In this document: piece by piece, positions 1 to 11,206 of the stretch
Layout: each line of letters starts with the position of its first letter
Position numbering within the stretch: position 1 is the first letter of the stretch
Assembly: GCA_965206645.1 (NCBI GenBank)
Contig: CBDBKE010000004.1
Coordinates: 736,001-800,000, forward strand
DNA from: Terriglobia bacterium
Lineage (GTDB): Bacteria > Acidobacteriota > Terriglobia > JAJPHL01 > JAPKYU01
DNA: 64,000 nt
Direction: 5' to 3'
Notes under the pieces: generated by a model
What the model saw: the letters and a program-made list of their open reading frames with translations, nothing else
What the model was told of the DNA's origin: nothing
The model's database searches: none
Translations under genes and position numbers: made by a program

Positions 1-713
1 GGGTTGGCGATGGCGGCGTGCAACAGCTCCTCGAGGCGGAAGCCGCGGCCCGGATCGTTGATGCGGTAAAGAATGAGCTGGCTCAGTCGCAGATAGCAGA
101 CAGTGATCCGCCGGTGGGCTTCGCTCTCGCAACCGTGCTCAGTGATCCGCCGGTGGGCTTCGCTCTCGCAACCGTGCTCGATGGCGTTGTTGAGCAGCTC
201 GCGGAAGGCGATGCTGATCTCGTTTCGGGTCTCGGTGTCGATCTCCGCATGCAGTTGCTCAAAAAACTTCCCTAGCCGCGCCACGACCTGAAAACTGGCC
301 GGCACGTGCAGTTCGATCCACTGGGGCGTGGCCGAGATGACCTTGATGGCCTCCTCACAGGCGAGCAGGTTGGCCACCGCCCCCCGCAGGTCGTCCATCG
401 CGAAGGGCTTGGCGAGAAAGTCGATGATATTCTCGCGGAGCGCTGCGAGCAGCCGGGCCTGAGTGTCCTGCCCGGTAATGATCAGCACGCGGGCCGCCGG
501 ATCCGTTTCCCGGATGCGCCGGATCACCTCTAAGCCCTGCATGCCCGGCAGCACCAGATCGCAGATGACGGCGTCGAAGGGCCGCGCGGCGTACAGCCCC
601 AGACCTTTTTCCGCGGAAGAGGCGGTCACTACGGAGTAGTCGCGCAGTCCGGCCTGCAACACTTTCAGGATGAGCGGGTCGTCGTCAATGATCAGCAGGC
701 GGCTGGCCATCAT
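1..713 (-). CDS. Response regulator receiver fused to an RsbW-like HATPase domain (partial, runs off the left edge)
   Basis: Manual translation, absent from the ORF track: MMASRLLIIDDDPLILKVL...DAVICDLVLPGMQGLEVI...LIITG...FLAKPF, then ...IAFRELLNNAIEHG...INDPGRGF. Contains a 39-bp in-frame tandem duplication at 101-179. Confidence 0.8.
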   Translation of the reverse strand, partial: MMASRLLIIDDDPLILKVLQAGLRDYSVVTASSAEKGLGLYAARPFDAVICDLVLPGMQGLEVIRRIRETDPAARVLIITGQDTQARLLAALRENIIDFLAKPFAMDDLRGAVANLLACEEAIKVISATPQWIELHVPASFQVVARLGKFFEQLHAEIDTETRNEISIAFRELLNNAIEHGCESEAHRRITEHGCESEAHRRITVCYLRLSQLILYRINDPGRGFRLEELLHAAIAN

Positions 714-773
714 TAAACCCGGTGGAGGATCGCGAGAGAAAGCTGCTCTCATGAGATAGAATACGCCCTGGCG

Positions 774-3700
774 ATGAAAGCGACAAAGCCTTTCCTTCGC
801 TCGATTCTGTTATTGGTACTGGTTTGGGGGCTCGCTGGTCGGGCGGGCTAGAGCCAGGGGTTAATCCTGACTCTGGCTGGCGGCGGTCCCACCGGCTTCT
901 GCGGCGACGGCGAGCGCTCGCCCGACTCCTGCCTGCGACTGCCCCGCGGGATGACGGCCGATACCAACGGCAATCTTTACATCGCCGACACGCTCAACAA
1001 GCGCGTGCGCAGGATCACCCCCGGGGGCATCATCAGTACTTTTGCCGGCAACGGGGCCACCGGCTTTTCCGGTGATGGAGGCCCGGTGCTCCAGGCGAGT
1101 TTCAGCTCGCCGACCTCGGTTGCTTTCGACCCGCTGACCGGAGACCTCTACATCATGGATTCGGGAAACAACCGAGTCCGCAAGATGGCGCCGAACGGAA
1201 TCATCACCACTATCGCCGGGGACGGTGCGACCACCTTCCGTGGCGACGGCGGGCCGGCGACGGCCGCGAGCATCAACCCCGGCGGCGGCCCGGCGGGCTT
1301 GCTGTGGACTGGGGTCGCCCTGTTTCTGACCGACATCCAAAACCAGCGCATCCGCAGAATTGATCTTAACGGCATCATCACCACGGTAGCCGGCACCGGC
1401 CAGCGTGGATTTGGCGGGGACGGCAGGCCAGCGCCCAGCGCCTCGTTGAGGGACCCAGCCGGAACGCTCGCCGCGGATGGGCTAGGCAACCTTTACTTTT
1501 CCGATACGGGCAATCACCGTGTGCGCCGCATCAACTCGTTGGGAATCATTTCCACCGTAGCGGGCAGCAGCACCGGCGGCTTTGGCGGCGATGGTGGCCC
1601 GGCGACCTCAGCCTTTCTGCGGCTCCCCGTGGGTGTGGCAGTGGACCCTGCCGGCGCTCTGTACATCGCCGACAGCGGCAACGACCGAATCCGCCGGGTC
1701 GCGCCTGATGGAATCATCAGCACCGTGGCCGGGGGAGGCATGAGCAACCTCGACGACGCCGACTTTTCCACCGACGTGATCCTGGCAGGCCCGGCCGGGA
1801 TTTTGGTCGTTCCCCGCGGCGTGTTCATTTCGGACACTGACAACAACCGTGTGCTCACAGCACCAGGAGTCTTCGCAACTCCGGGTCCGGTGACTGTGCT
1901 GCCCTCCCGCCTGGATTTCGAGGCCAAACTGGGGGGAGAGTTGCCTGCCCCCAAGGGGTTGCTTCTGTTCAGTCCGGACCTGTCGGAGTTTGCTTTCCGG
2001 GCAGAGGTATCCACGGTTTTGGGCGGAGACTGGCTGGTTGTGCGACCGCTCATTGGCTTTGCCCCCAGTGCCCTTTCCGTCTTCGTCAAATCCGGGAACC
2101 TGCCTGCCGGGTTCTACCAGGGCTCGATCACGTTTGCGGTTGCCCAGGCCACCAATTCACCCGTGACCGTCCCGGTGACCCTGACCATCACCGACGAACC
2201 GCCATCCTTGGCCGTGGCCCCCGATCGCCTGGCGTTTTCCGCCATGGAAGGCAGCAATCCCCCGCCGCAGGCGCTGCGCATCAGCAATGCGGGGGGCGGG
2301 ACCCTTGACTGGACGGCAGACGTGATTCTACCGGCGGATGTGGCGCTGGCGGGAGCATTCCCGCAGATCAACCTGTCCGCCAACACCGGCACCGGCACGA
2401 CTCCAGTTCGCGTTTCGGTAGACACTACCGGCGTCGGGCCGGGTTCTTACCGAGCCGCAATCCTTGTCAGAACTGCCAGCGGGCCCGTTGCCAGCAGCCG
2501 AATCATTCCCGTCCTGGTCCAGGTGACTCCGGCTATTGCCGTGCTCCAAACCAGCCAGTCGGGGCTGATCTTTGTGGGCGTCGAGGGATCGGGCGAGTTG
2601 CCGTCGCGCAATTTCAATGTGGTCAACGCCGGTTCAGGAGACATGATGTGGATGGTGGAGATTCGCTCCATCTCCGGCGGCAATTGGCTGACCGTGTCAC
2701 CCACCGACGGCACCAGCACCGCCGGCCAGGCGTCGCCCCAGGTGGTCTTCAGCGCCGACGCTACGGGACTGTTAGCAGGCAGCTACCACGCAGTCGTGCG
2801 CATCCGGGCGCCCGGCGCAGCCAACTCGCCGCAATTCGTACACGCGGTGCTGAACGTATTGCCGCCGGGCTCCACACCGCCGCCCCTACCCTTTCCTTCC
2901 GGGCTCCTGTTCCTAGCCAATGCAGGGGGCGCGCCCCCTGCGGCCCAGCAAGTGCGAGTGTTCACCGGCCGGGGCCCTGCCGTCAACTTCAGCGCCTCCG
3001 CCACCGCGGTAGACGATGAGGGCTGGTTGAGGGTGAATCCCAGCAACGGCACTGCCTCGGCCACGGTCCCGGGCGAACTCAACGTCCGCGTGGACCCCAG
3101 CGCGCTGGCCGCCGGATCCTATGGGGGGCAGGTGAACGTCGCGTTGTCGGATGGCAGCACACGTTCGGTCAACGTGCTGCTGGTAGTGGCGCCGCCCGGT
3201 ACCTTCACGACATCGGGCACGACATCGGGCACAACGCTTGGTAGCGCTCTTGCCCCAAAGCGTGAGCCACCCCGGACGGCCCAAGAAGCCTGTACTCCCA
3301 GCACACTGGCCCTGGTGCATACCGGGCTGGTGAGCAATTTCGCGTCCCCGGTGGGCTGGCCAGTCCCGCTGGTGGTGCAGGTCACCGATGACTGCGGAAC
3401 CGAGCAGGCAAACGCCGCTGTGATCACTACCTTTTCCAGTGGCGACCCGGCGATCGTCATGGCCAATTTGAAGAACGGCCTGTACAGCGGCACTTGGACA
3501 CCAGCCTCTGCGGCTTCCGTCGTGACTATCACCAGCACGGCCTTGGCCATCGGCCTTGAACAAGCCACAGCCCAGATCAGCGGCGAGATCGGCGCCAATG
3601 CCGTGCCCCAGGTGTTCCGTGGGGGCGCTGTGCATGCTGCCAGCTTCGACAACGGGGCGCCGCTGGCGCCGGGCTCGATTTTTCCATTTTCGGTACCAAC

Positions 3701-4309
3701 CTCGCCGCCGACCAGTTTTTCGCACAGGACGTGCCCCTGCCAAAGGAATTGGGCGGGCTTTCCGCGACACTGGGCAACTTCGACGTCCCGCTCTTCTTCA
3801 CCAGCGGCGGTCAGGTGAATGCGCAGGTGCCGTTCGACCTGCCCCCCGACAGTAGTTCGCAACTCGTGGTGAAAGTGGGCGAAGCCTTCACCGTTCCCGA
3901 GACCATCAACCTGAGCACCGTACAGCCGGGAATCTTCACCGTGAACCAGAGCGGCTCCGGGCCAAGCGCCATCCTGGACGCCAACTTCGCTCTGGTCAGT
4001 TCCAGCAACCCAGTCCGAGCGGGAGACGTGATCCAGATCTTCTGCACCGGGTTGGGCGCAACCAGCCCGCCGGTCCCGAGCGGCGAATTCTCGCCCAGCT
4101 CGCCACCTGCCACCACGGTCACCCCGGTCACCGCCACGGTGGACGGCCTCGACGCCCCGGTGTTGTTCGGCGGGCTGGCATCGGGGTTCGTCGGCCTCTA
4201 CCAGGTGAACGTGCAGATTCCCGCGGGAGTGAGCAGCGGCGAGATTGAGCTGGTACTAACCCAGCAGGGGGTGGCTAGCAACACTGTCACCATTTTCGTG
4301 ACGCAATAG
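774..4309 (+). CDS. Large secreted NHL-repeat / BACON-like repeat protein with Solibacter-type (TIGR03437-like) C-terminal domain; internal TAG at 849-851 and frameshift near 3690
   Basis: Signal peptide from ATG 774 is in frame with ORF 951; NHL repeats (LYIAD..NxRVRRI...GIISTxAG, GDGGPA); ORF 3731-4309 continues the protein and ends in ...GFVGLYQVNVQIP. Confidence 0.8.
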
Positions 4310-4422
4310 TGAAAGGGCTGGACATGACCAGTTGATGGGCCATGGAGTCACTGGAGCGCGCCGCTCGCTCCTCAGCCGTGATATCTTGTTATGAGCCACT
4401 GCCGACGAAGAATCGGCGGTTG

Positions 4423-4994
4423 GTGGGGCGCGCAGTGCCAGTGGGGCGCGCAGTGCCAGTGGGGCGCGCAGTGCCAGTGGGGCGTGCAGTGCCAGTGGGG
4501 CGTGCAGTGCCAGTGGGGCGTGCAGTGCCAGTGGGGCGTGCAGTGCCAGTGGGGCGTGCAGTGCCAGTGGGGCGTGCAGTGCCAGTGGGGCGTGCAGTGC
4601 CAGTGGGGCGTGCAGTGCCAGTGGGGCGTGCAGTGCCATGGGGCGTGCAGTGCCAGTGGGGCGTGCAGTGCCAGTGGGGCGTGCAGTGCCAGTGGGGCGT
4701 GCAGTGCCAGTGGGGCGTGCAGTGCCAGTGGGGCGTGCAGTGCCAGTGGGGCGTTGCAGTGCCAGTGGGGCGTGAAGTGGGGCGTGCAGTGCCAGTGGGG
4801 CGTTGCCAGTGGGGCGTGCAGTGCCAGTGTGGCCAGTGGGGCGTGCAGTGCCAGTGGGGCGTGCAGTGCCAGTGGGGCGTGCAGTGCCAGTGGGGCGTGC
4901 AGTGCCAGTGGGGCGTGCAGTGCCAGTGGGGCGTGCAGTGCCAGTGGGGCGTGCAGTGCCAGTGGGGCGTGCAGTGCCAGTGGGGCGTGCAGTG
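4423..4994. repeat. Tandem array of 18-bp unit GTGGGGCG(C/T)GCAGTGCCA, about 31 copies
   Basis: Read directly. No spacers. First three units have CGC and later ones CGT; a few degenerate units at about 4635 and 4750-4835. Confidence 0.95.
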
Positions 4995-5072
4995 AATGGT
5001 GAACCGTCATTACTGATCTGGAGCCAGAGTACATCCTGGCTAATTAACTGGACGAGGGTGGCAGAGGTTGCT

Positions 5073-5870
5073 ATGAAACGCATACTTTCACTTGTTGTCA
5101 TGGGGGCACTCAGCGGCGGCACGCTCTGGGCGGCCGATCCTTGGAAATCAAATAAGAAGTACACCGACTGGTCCGAGAAAGAGGTCCGCAAGGTCTTGCA
5201 AAAGTCGCCGTGGGCCAAGACCGTCACCATCACGCTCTTTTCCGGCTCGGGATCCGGCACGGGCCAAGCGGGCGGAGGGGACTATGGGTCGCCCCCAAGT
5301 GGCGAGCCCGCGCCCGGTGGTGCCGCGACAAGTGGCGGCTCGCTCACAGGTGCGGGCGGGGGCAGCAACCCTGGCCAGGGAGGGTTCGGCAATCAGGGAG
5401 GATTCGGCGGCGGGGGCAACCGCTATCTGCAAGTGCTGGTGCGCTGGCAGAACGCCCTGCCCGTCCGCCAAGCGTTTGCGCGCCGGCAAATCCAGGCCGA
5501 AAGGATAACGCCCGAACAGGCCGAACAGCTTGTCCAGCAAACCCCCGACGAGTATGTGGTGATGGTCGGTGGCATGACGAGGGCCGCGATGGGCGGCACG
5601 ACTGAAGAGAAAGTCAAGGCTAGCACCTACCTCAAGACAGGGGATAAACAGCGGATCATGGTGCAAGAAATGCGCATGTCTCAGGGCCAGGCGCCCAACA
5701 CGAGCAAGTCCGAGGCCCAGCTTCCCGACATGTTTTTTGTCTTCCCGCGGGCGATGCCCATCGAACTCCGCCACAAGTCCGTGGAATTCGTCACCGAACT
5801 CGGCCAATTTAAGATCAAGAAAAAATTTAAGCTCAAGGACATGCTGTTCGGAGGCAAACTGGAGCTTTAG
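5073..5870 (+). CDS. Secreted hypothetical protein (paralog 1)
   Basis: MKRILSLVVMGALSGGTLWA signal peptide after GAGG RBS; Gly-rich linker; clear paralog of the next gene. Confidence 0.85.
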   Translation: MKRILSLVVMGALSGGTLWAADPWKSNKKYTDWSEKEVRKVLQKSPWAKTVTITLFSGSGSGTGQAGGGDYGSPPSGEPAPGGAATSGGSLTGAGGGSNPGQGGFGNQGGFGGGGNRYLQVLVRWQNALPVRQAFARRQIQAERITPEQAEQLVQQTPDEYVVMVGGMTRAAMGGTTEEKVKASTYLKTGDKQRIMVQEMRMSQGQAPNTSKSEAQLPDMFFVFPRAMPIELRHKSVEFVTELGQFKIKKKFKLKDMLFGGKLEL

Positions 5871-5951
5871 ACACGGCATAGGGTGCAGCGCCGCCCCTTA
5901 CTGGCGGCACTACGGCAGCCAGTGGGGTCAGAGAAAGGTCAGGTGGTTGGC

Positions 5952-6686
5952 ATGAGACATATACTCTCGCTCGTTCTTCTGGGTGCGCTCAGCGGCGGCT
6001 CGATCTGGGCGGCCGATCCCTGGAAATCAAACAAAAAGTACACCGAGTGGTCCGAGAAAGAGATCCGAAAGGTCTTGGAAAAGTCGCCGTGGGCTAAGAC
6101 TGTCACGCTGACGTTCCTTGCCGAATCGGGGTCCGGTCAGGGCGCGGGGGGCAGGCAACCCCTGGATGACCAGCCCAACCAGGTCACGAGCGCTGGTAGA
6201 GGCGGCCCTCCAATCTCGGGCAGCAGCGGCGGCCCGCGTACAGCCAGCCGGCTGGTGCTGGTGCGCTGGGACAGCGCCCTACCCGTCCGCCGGGCGGTTG
6301 AGCGCCGGCAAGTCCAGGCCGAAATGATGACCCCCGAACAGGCCCAGCAGTATTTTGAGCAGGCGCCCAGCGAGTATGTGGTGGTGCTCGGCGGTATGCC
6401 GATGGTCGAGATGACCGGCGGGACTTTAGAAGAAGTCAAGGCCAGCACCTACCTGAAGACGGGTGATAAGCAGCGAATCATGGCGCAAGACGTGCGCATA
6501 TCCCAGTTGCCCGAGGAGAGCTTGGCCGCGGGACAAGTTCCCGACTTCTATTTCTCCTTTCCGCGGGCGACTCCCATCGAGCTCCGACAGAAGTCCGTGG
6601 AGTTCTTCACAGAGGTTGGCCAGTTTAAGATCAAGAAAAAGTTTAAACTCAAGGACATGCTGTTCAACGGCAATTTGGAGCTTTGA
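5952..6686 (+). CDS. Secreted hypothetical protein (paralog 2)
   Basis: MRHILSLVLLGALSGGSIWAADPWKSNKKYTEWSEKE...KFKLKDMLFNGNLEL; shares both ends with the upstream gene. Confidence 0.85.
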   Translation: MRHILSLVLLGALSGGSIWAADPWKSNKKYTEWSEKEIRKVLEKSPWAKTVTLTFLAESGSGQGAGGRQPLDDQPNQVTSAGRGGPPISGSSGGPRTASRLVLVRWDSALPVRRAVERRQVQAEMMTPEQAQQYFEQAPSEYVVVLGGMPMVEMTGGTLEEVKASTYLKTGDKQRIMAQDVRISQLPEESLAAGQVPDFYFSFPRATPIELRQKSVEFFTEVGQFKIKKKFKLKDMLFNGNLEL

Positions 6687-6741
6687 GCTCTCCTTCAAGC
6701 CGTAGAGCTGGCCCTTGAGTGTGGCAGGACGTCGAGCAGAG

Positions 6742-7803
6742 CTAGCGGAAATCGCAAGCGTCAACAAAAGGCATGCGCCGGTCGGAAAAATCGGGTTGGT
6801 AATATTCGGCCGCTTCTTCCTCCAGGGGCTGGACCCAGCCGTTCTCAAAGCCAAGTTCTTCCAGCCACTCCAGAACCCGCTCCCACTCGCGGGGCCGAAT
6901 CTTGCGGTTCAGCAAGGGAAACAACTCCTCGCCGCTAGACGACTCTGCACGGCCCACCTTGTTGGTGGGGTAGTATTGCGACATCACGCTCACGGTGACC
7001 CGCGGGGAAAGCTCCTCGCCGATCCACTCCAGCGTTTCCCGCAGCCCGCCCAAGTCGTTGGGGAGCACGAGCAGGCGAATCACCAAGCCGCGTCGCAATA
7101 ACCCCCGCTCGTCCATGACCAGCTCGTCTCCCATCTGCCGGTGCATCTCCTTGACCGCGGCCCGCGCGCTGGCCACGTAGTGTGGGACTCGGGAGTAGGT
7201 TCGCGCCGTTTCCTCGTCGCTGTACTTCAAGTCGGGCAGGTAAACGTCAACGATTCCTTCCAGCAGGCGCAGCACTTCCACGCTGTCGTAGGCGTTGGTG
7301 TTGTAGACGAGAGGGAGGCGGAGCCCGCGCCGCGCAGCGATCTCCACGGCCCGAGCGAGCTGCGGCGCAAAATGCGTGGGCGAGACCAGGCCGATGTTAT
7401 GGCAACCCTGCTGCTGGAGTTCCAGCATGATCTCGGCCAGCCGCTCCAGACTTGTTTCCCGAGTGGGTCGCTGCGTCCGCAGGTCTTGGCTGATTTGCCA
7501 GTTCTGGCAATAGACGCAGCGCATATTGCAGTGCCCCAGGAAGATGTTGCCGGCGCCGCGAGCCTCCCCGCTCGGCAGGTGCGTCCCGCTCAGGGCCGGT
7601 TCTTCCCCGAAGTGCGGCCCGTAGGAGGAAACAATCGGGAGGTAACCGGCGGCGCAGACTTTGGCCTGGTTCTCCAGACGGTTCACCCGGCAATCCCATG
7701 GGCAGACCGTACAGGAGGCCAGCAAGGCTTCCAGGTGCGCCCCGCGCTCAGCAAGCTCGCCGGTCGCTGAAAGGCGCAGATAACCCGGTGTCCACTCCGT
7801 CAT
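6742..7803 (-). CDS. Radical SAM protein, PflX-like
   Basis: CTVCPWDCRVNR, HFGEEP, CNMRCVYCQNWQIS (CxxxCxxC), YLPDLKY. Confidence 0.85.
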   Translation of the reverse strand: MTEWTPGYLRLSATGELAERGAHLEALLASCTVCPWDCRVNRLENQAKVCAAGYLPIVSSYGPHFGEEPALSGTHLPSGEARGAGNIFLGHCNMRCVYCQNWQISQDLRTQRPTRETSLERLAEIMLELQQQGCHNIGLVSPTHFAPQLARAVEIAARRGLRLPLVYNTNAYDSVEVLRLLEGIVDVYLPDLKYSDEETARTYSRVPHYVASARAAVKEMHRQMGDELVMDERGLLRRGLVIRLLVLPNDLGGLRETLEWIGEELSPRVTVSVMSQYYPTNKVGRAESSSGEELFPLLNRKIRPREWERVLEWLEELGFENGWVQPLEEEAAEYYQPDFSDRRMPFVDACDFR

Positions 7804-7831
7804 GCACTTCATTGTTACACAGCGCTGCCCT

Positions 7832-8737
7832 TCACTCATACAGCGGCGACTCGCCGGGGGGTCGGGTTTTCCAGCGCCGGTGAATCCACAGCCACTGGTC
7901 GGGATGGCGGCGGATGTGCTGCTCCAGAACGCTGGTAAGAAGCTGAGTGTTGGCCACCACGTCCTGGTCCGGGTCTGTTGTGCGCACCAGCTCCAGCGGC
8001 GGGTCAAACCGCAACCGATAGCGACCCTGGGCGGCATCCCAGAAGGCGAAGGCAGGCACCACGGCGGCCTCTGCGTGCGCTGCGATCTTTGCCAGTCCGC
8101 TCGCGGTGCAGGCCGGCACGCCAAAAAACTCGACAAAGACGCCGTCCTGCGGGGAGGCATTCTGGTCTGCCAGGATGCCCACGGCCTCGTTCTTCCTCAG
8201 CGCTTCCAGGATGCCGCGGAGGAAGTCGCGTTTCTCGAGAATGCGGTTACCAGCCAGGGTGCGGTGGCGATTCACCAGCTCGTTCAGGTAGGGATTGTCC
8301 AGCGGTCGGATCAGCACGTGAAGCGGGTGGCCGTAGACCGAGTGAGCAAACGCGCCCAGCTCCCACGCTCCCAGGTGTCCGGTCAAATAGATCACGCCGC
8401 GCCCGCGGCGCACCGCCTCCTCATAATTCTCGAAGCCATCGTAGGGGATCACCTGGGCGACATTCTGCCGGGTGTATCGCGGGAAGTGCGCGAACTCAGC
8501 CAGCATTCGTCCGAGGTTTCTATAAACACCGCGAACGATACGGCGCCGCTCGCCGGCGCTGAGCTCCGGAAGCGCCAGCCGCAGGTTGCGGTGCGCTACC
8601 CACCGGAACCGGCCCGCCAGCAAGTACACCAGGAAGGCGAGAAGCTGCGCTGCCAGGCAAGCCAGCGCCCGCGGCAGCGGTCTTAGAATCCCCAGAATGG
8701 TCCAGGCCAGCGCGTATTCAACTTTGTGTCGAAGCAA
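7832..8737 (-). CDS. Lipid A late acyltransferase (HtrB/LpxL family)
   Basis: HLGAWE, ILADQ, PDQWLWIHRRWKTRP motifs. Confidence 0.88.
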   Translation of the reverse strand: MLRHKVEYALAWTILGILRPLPRALACLAAQLLAFLVYLLAGRFRWVAHRNLRLALPELSAGERRRIVRGVYRNLGRMLAEFAHFPRYTRQNVAQVIPYDGFENYEEAVRRGRGVIYLTGHLGAWELGAFAHSVYGHPLHVLIRPLDNPYLNELVNRHRTLAGNRILEKRDFLRGILEALRKNEAVGILADQNASPQDGVFVEFFGVPACTASGLAKIAAHAEAAVVPAFAFWDAAQGRYRLRFDPPLELVRTTDPDQDVVANTQLLTSVLEQHIRRHPDQWLWIHRRWKTRPPGESPLYE

Positions 8738-8878
8738 CTACGCATTGTACACCCCGATTCTTTAGCTCCCGGTCCTCCTCTACTGCCGACCTAGCTCCCC
8801 TCGTACCATGAGCATACCCATGGCCCTTATCGGGACGCAAGTTCACCAGGCCGGGGTTCGCGATACACTCATCAGCGA

Positions 8879-10399
8879 ATGGGTTTTGCGATTTTCCTGG
8901 CGTGCGCGGTTTGGCTGCTGTTCTTCTACGGCCTGGGGGACGTGGGGCTACTGGGCCCCGATGAGCCCCGTTACGCGCAGGTGGCCCGCGAGATGCTCCG
9001 CAGCGGCGACTACATCACGCCGCACCTGAACGGAGAACCCTGGCTGGAAAAACCGCCGCTGTACTACTGGCTGGCAGCCGGCTCCTTCCGCCTCTTCGGG
9101 GTCACGGAGTGGTCCGCACGACTCCCTTCGGCATTGGCCGCTGCCGCCTTCCTGCCGCTGTTTGGGTGGGTGGTGCGTCGGCTGTTCCGCGGGGAAACGT
9201 GGCGCTATGCGCTGCTGGTGTTGGCCTCATCGCTCGGCTGGATGGGGTTTGCCCGCGGGGTCAGCCCGGACATTTGCTTCAGTGCAGCACTGGCGGGCGC
9301 GTTGGGCCTGCTGGCGGTCTGGGTTTGGCAGGGGCATGACTCGCTGCTATACGGGTTCTACGCGTTGCTGGCGATTGCCGTGCTGGCCAAGGGCCCGGTC
9401 GCCATCGTCTTGAGCGCGCTGGTGCTGCTCAGCTACTGCCTCGCCACCGGCGAATACCGATGGCTACTGCGCGTGCTGGCGCCTTGGCCGCTGCTACTAT
9501 TCCTGCTGCTCACGCTGCCCTGGTACCTCGCCGTCTACTCTTCTAATGGCGACCGGTTTGTCGAGGAGTTTATCCTCAAGCACCACTTCAGCCGCTACCT
9601 GACTTCGGAACTGAAGCACCCGGGGCCCTGGTGGTACTACCTGCCGGTGCTGCTGGCGGGGATGTTTCCCTGGAGCGCACACCTGGCCCTGATCGTGGCC
9701 AACATGGCAAGATTGGGCTGGCGAGGGCTGCGCAATGATCAGCGCCGGCTTTTCTTGCTGGCCTGGATCGTTCCCGCTGTGGTGTTCTTTTCCGCCTCGC
9801 AAGCTAAGCTGCCCGGATATGTGCTGGTGACCGTGCCAGCGATGGCTATTTGGATCGGCGAGGAACTGGCGCGCGCCCCGGCCAGCCGGCTGCGCTGGGT
9901 ATTCCTGGGGCAGGCGCTGTTGCTGCCAGCCACGGCGGTACTCGTTGGAGTGCTGCCGCTGGCGCTTGCTGAGGGAGCACGTTCCGCCCTCGCTGAGGTG
10001 GGGGCACAGCCGCTGGACCCGTTGCTGGTTGCGCTGACGCTGGTTGGAGCAATTGTGCTGGTCACCATCACCTGGCGCGGGCGGCGCCTGGGTGCAACCG
10101 TGCTGGCCACCGCGCTGACTGCGGCCACCTTCGTCCGTCTGCTTGGCCTGGTAGCGGCGCCTGTGGACCAACTGGCCTCCGCTCGACCACTGGCACGCCA
10201 GATCCAGGCCCGGGGCATTCCTGCCTCCCAGCTTACCCTCAGCCCCGGCGTGCGCCGCCACATCGAGTACGGCCTGGAGTTCTACCTGGACCACCAGCTG
10301 TCGCGGGGCACCTCGGCTCCCTACGAGCTGACCCTGGACGGACGTCTCCAGCCGCAGGCGCCGGACCACATAAGGAGTAACAACCATGGCGACAGGTGA
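8879..10399 (+). CDS. ArnT-like membrane glycosyltransferase (GT83/39 type)
   Basis: DEPRYAQVAREM, WLEKPPLYYW, LAKGPV, AKLPGYV; many TM segments. Confidence 0.88.
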   Translation: MGFAIFLACAVWLLFFYGLGDVGLLGPDEPRYAQVAREMLRSGDYITPHLNGEPWLEKPPLYYWLAAGSFRLFGVTEWSARLPSALAAAAFLPLFGWVVRRLFRGETWRYALLVLASSLGWMGFARGVSPDICFSAALAGALGLLAVWVWQGHDSLLYGFYALLAIAVLAKGPVAIVLSALVLLSYCLATGEYRWLLRVLAPWPLLLFLLLTLPWYLAVYSSNGDRFVEEFILKHHFSRYLTSELKHPGPWWYYLPVLLAGMFPWSAHLALIVANMARLGWRGLRNDQRRLFLLAWIVPAVVFFSASQAKLPGYVLVTVPAMAIWIGEELARAPASRLRWVFLGQALLLPATAVLVGVLPLALAEGARSALAEVGAQPLDPLLVALTLVGAIVLVTITWRGRRLGATVLATALTAATFVRLLGLVAAPVDQLASARPLARQIQARGIPASQLTLSPGVRRHIEYGLEFYLDHQLSRGTSAPYELTLDGRLQPQAPDHIRSNNHGDR

Positions 10400-11164
10400 G
10401 TTGCCGCCCTCCTCTCCGAAATCTCCCAAAGGGGCGAGCGACAGGCTGGAAGTGCGGGAAAAAGTCCGGAAGGCCTCCCGGAGAAGGTTGCGGTGGGCGG
10501 CTCTTGGAGTCGTGCTCGCTCTTCTGGGGATGACTGCCAGATGGTGGCTCAACCGGGCTCCACTCCAACCAGGAGGTCCGGAATTGGCGCCGGCCAACTT
10601 GCTCTTCGTCATGGGCGCACTAGAGGCGCGGGGCGCCTTGGAGAGATCGCTGCGATTAGCGCCGCATGGAGGCCGCATCGCATACAGCAAACGCGGCAGC
10701 CCCAGCATCTGGATCTCTGATTTCTCCGGGTTAGATGCTCGGAAGATTGAGCTGGGGCGAGGCGCGCATTTGTGGCCGGCGTGGTCGCCCGACGAGGCGC
10801 AACTGGTCTACGCTTCCTTCCGCGGAGGCGACCGGACGGGATTGTGGGTGACTTCTCTAAGCGACGGCGCCGAATACCAGCTTTCCCAGGGCGAAGCGGA
10901 AGCCCCGGCTTGGTCGCCCGACGGGAAATCCATCGCCTTTGTAGGACCTGACCTGCGCCTGGTCCCCTCCGCAGGAGGTACCCCGCGCTCCCTCACCGAG
11001 GCCCGGTGGACATTTTTACCCTGGACGTGCGCACAGGCGGCTTTGGGCGGCTTACTGAGGACGACGACGTTGAGTCGGAACTCCAATGGTCCCCAGACGG
11101 CAAGTCGCTCGCCTTCACCCTCAAGCGGGAAGAGCGCCAGCTCTGGCTGCTCGACAACCCGTAG
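10386..11164 (+). CDS. TolB-like PD40-repeat protein (frameshift near 11005)
   Basis: PAWSPD repeats; second frame continues ...LQWSPDGKSLAF...LLDNP to TAG at 11162-11164. Confidence 0.65.
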
Positions 11165-11206
11165 AGTGGCGCACCGGCCCGGCTATCATGTCATCCCTAG
11201 CGCCAG

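Noticed and set aside
4423-4994. CRISPR array or repeat-protein ORFs (TARPTG, VGRAVP, CQWGVQ)
   Set aside because: No unique spacers and no cas genes. ORFs occur in most frames only because the 18-mer lacks stops.
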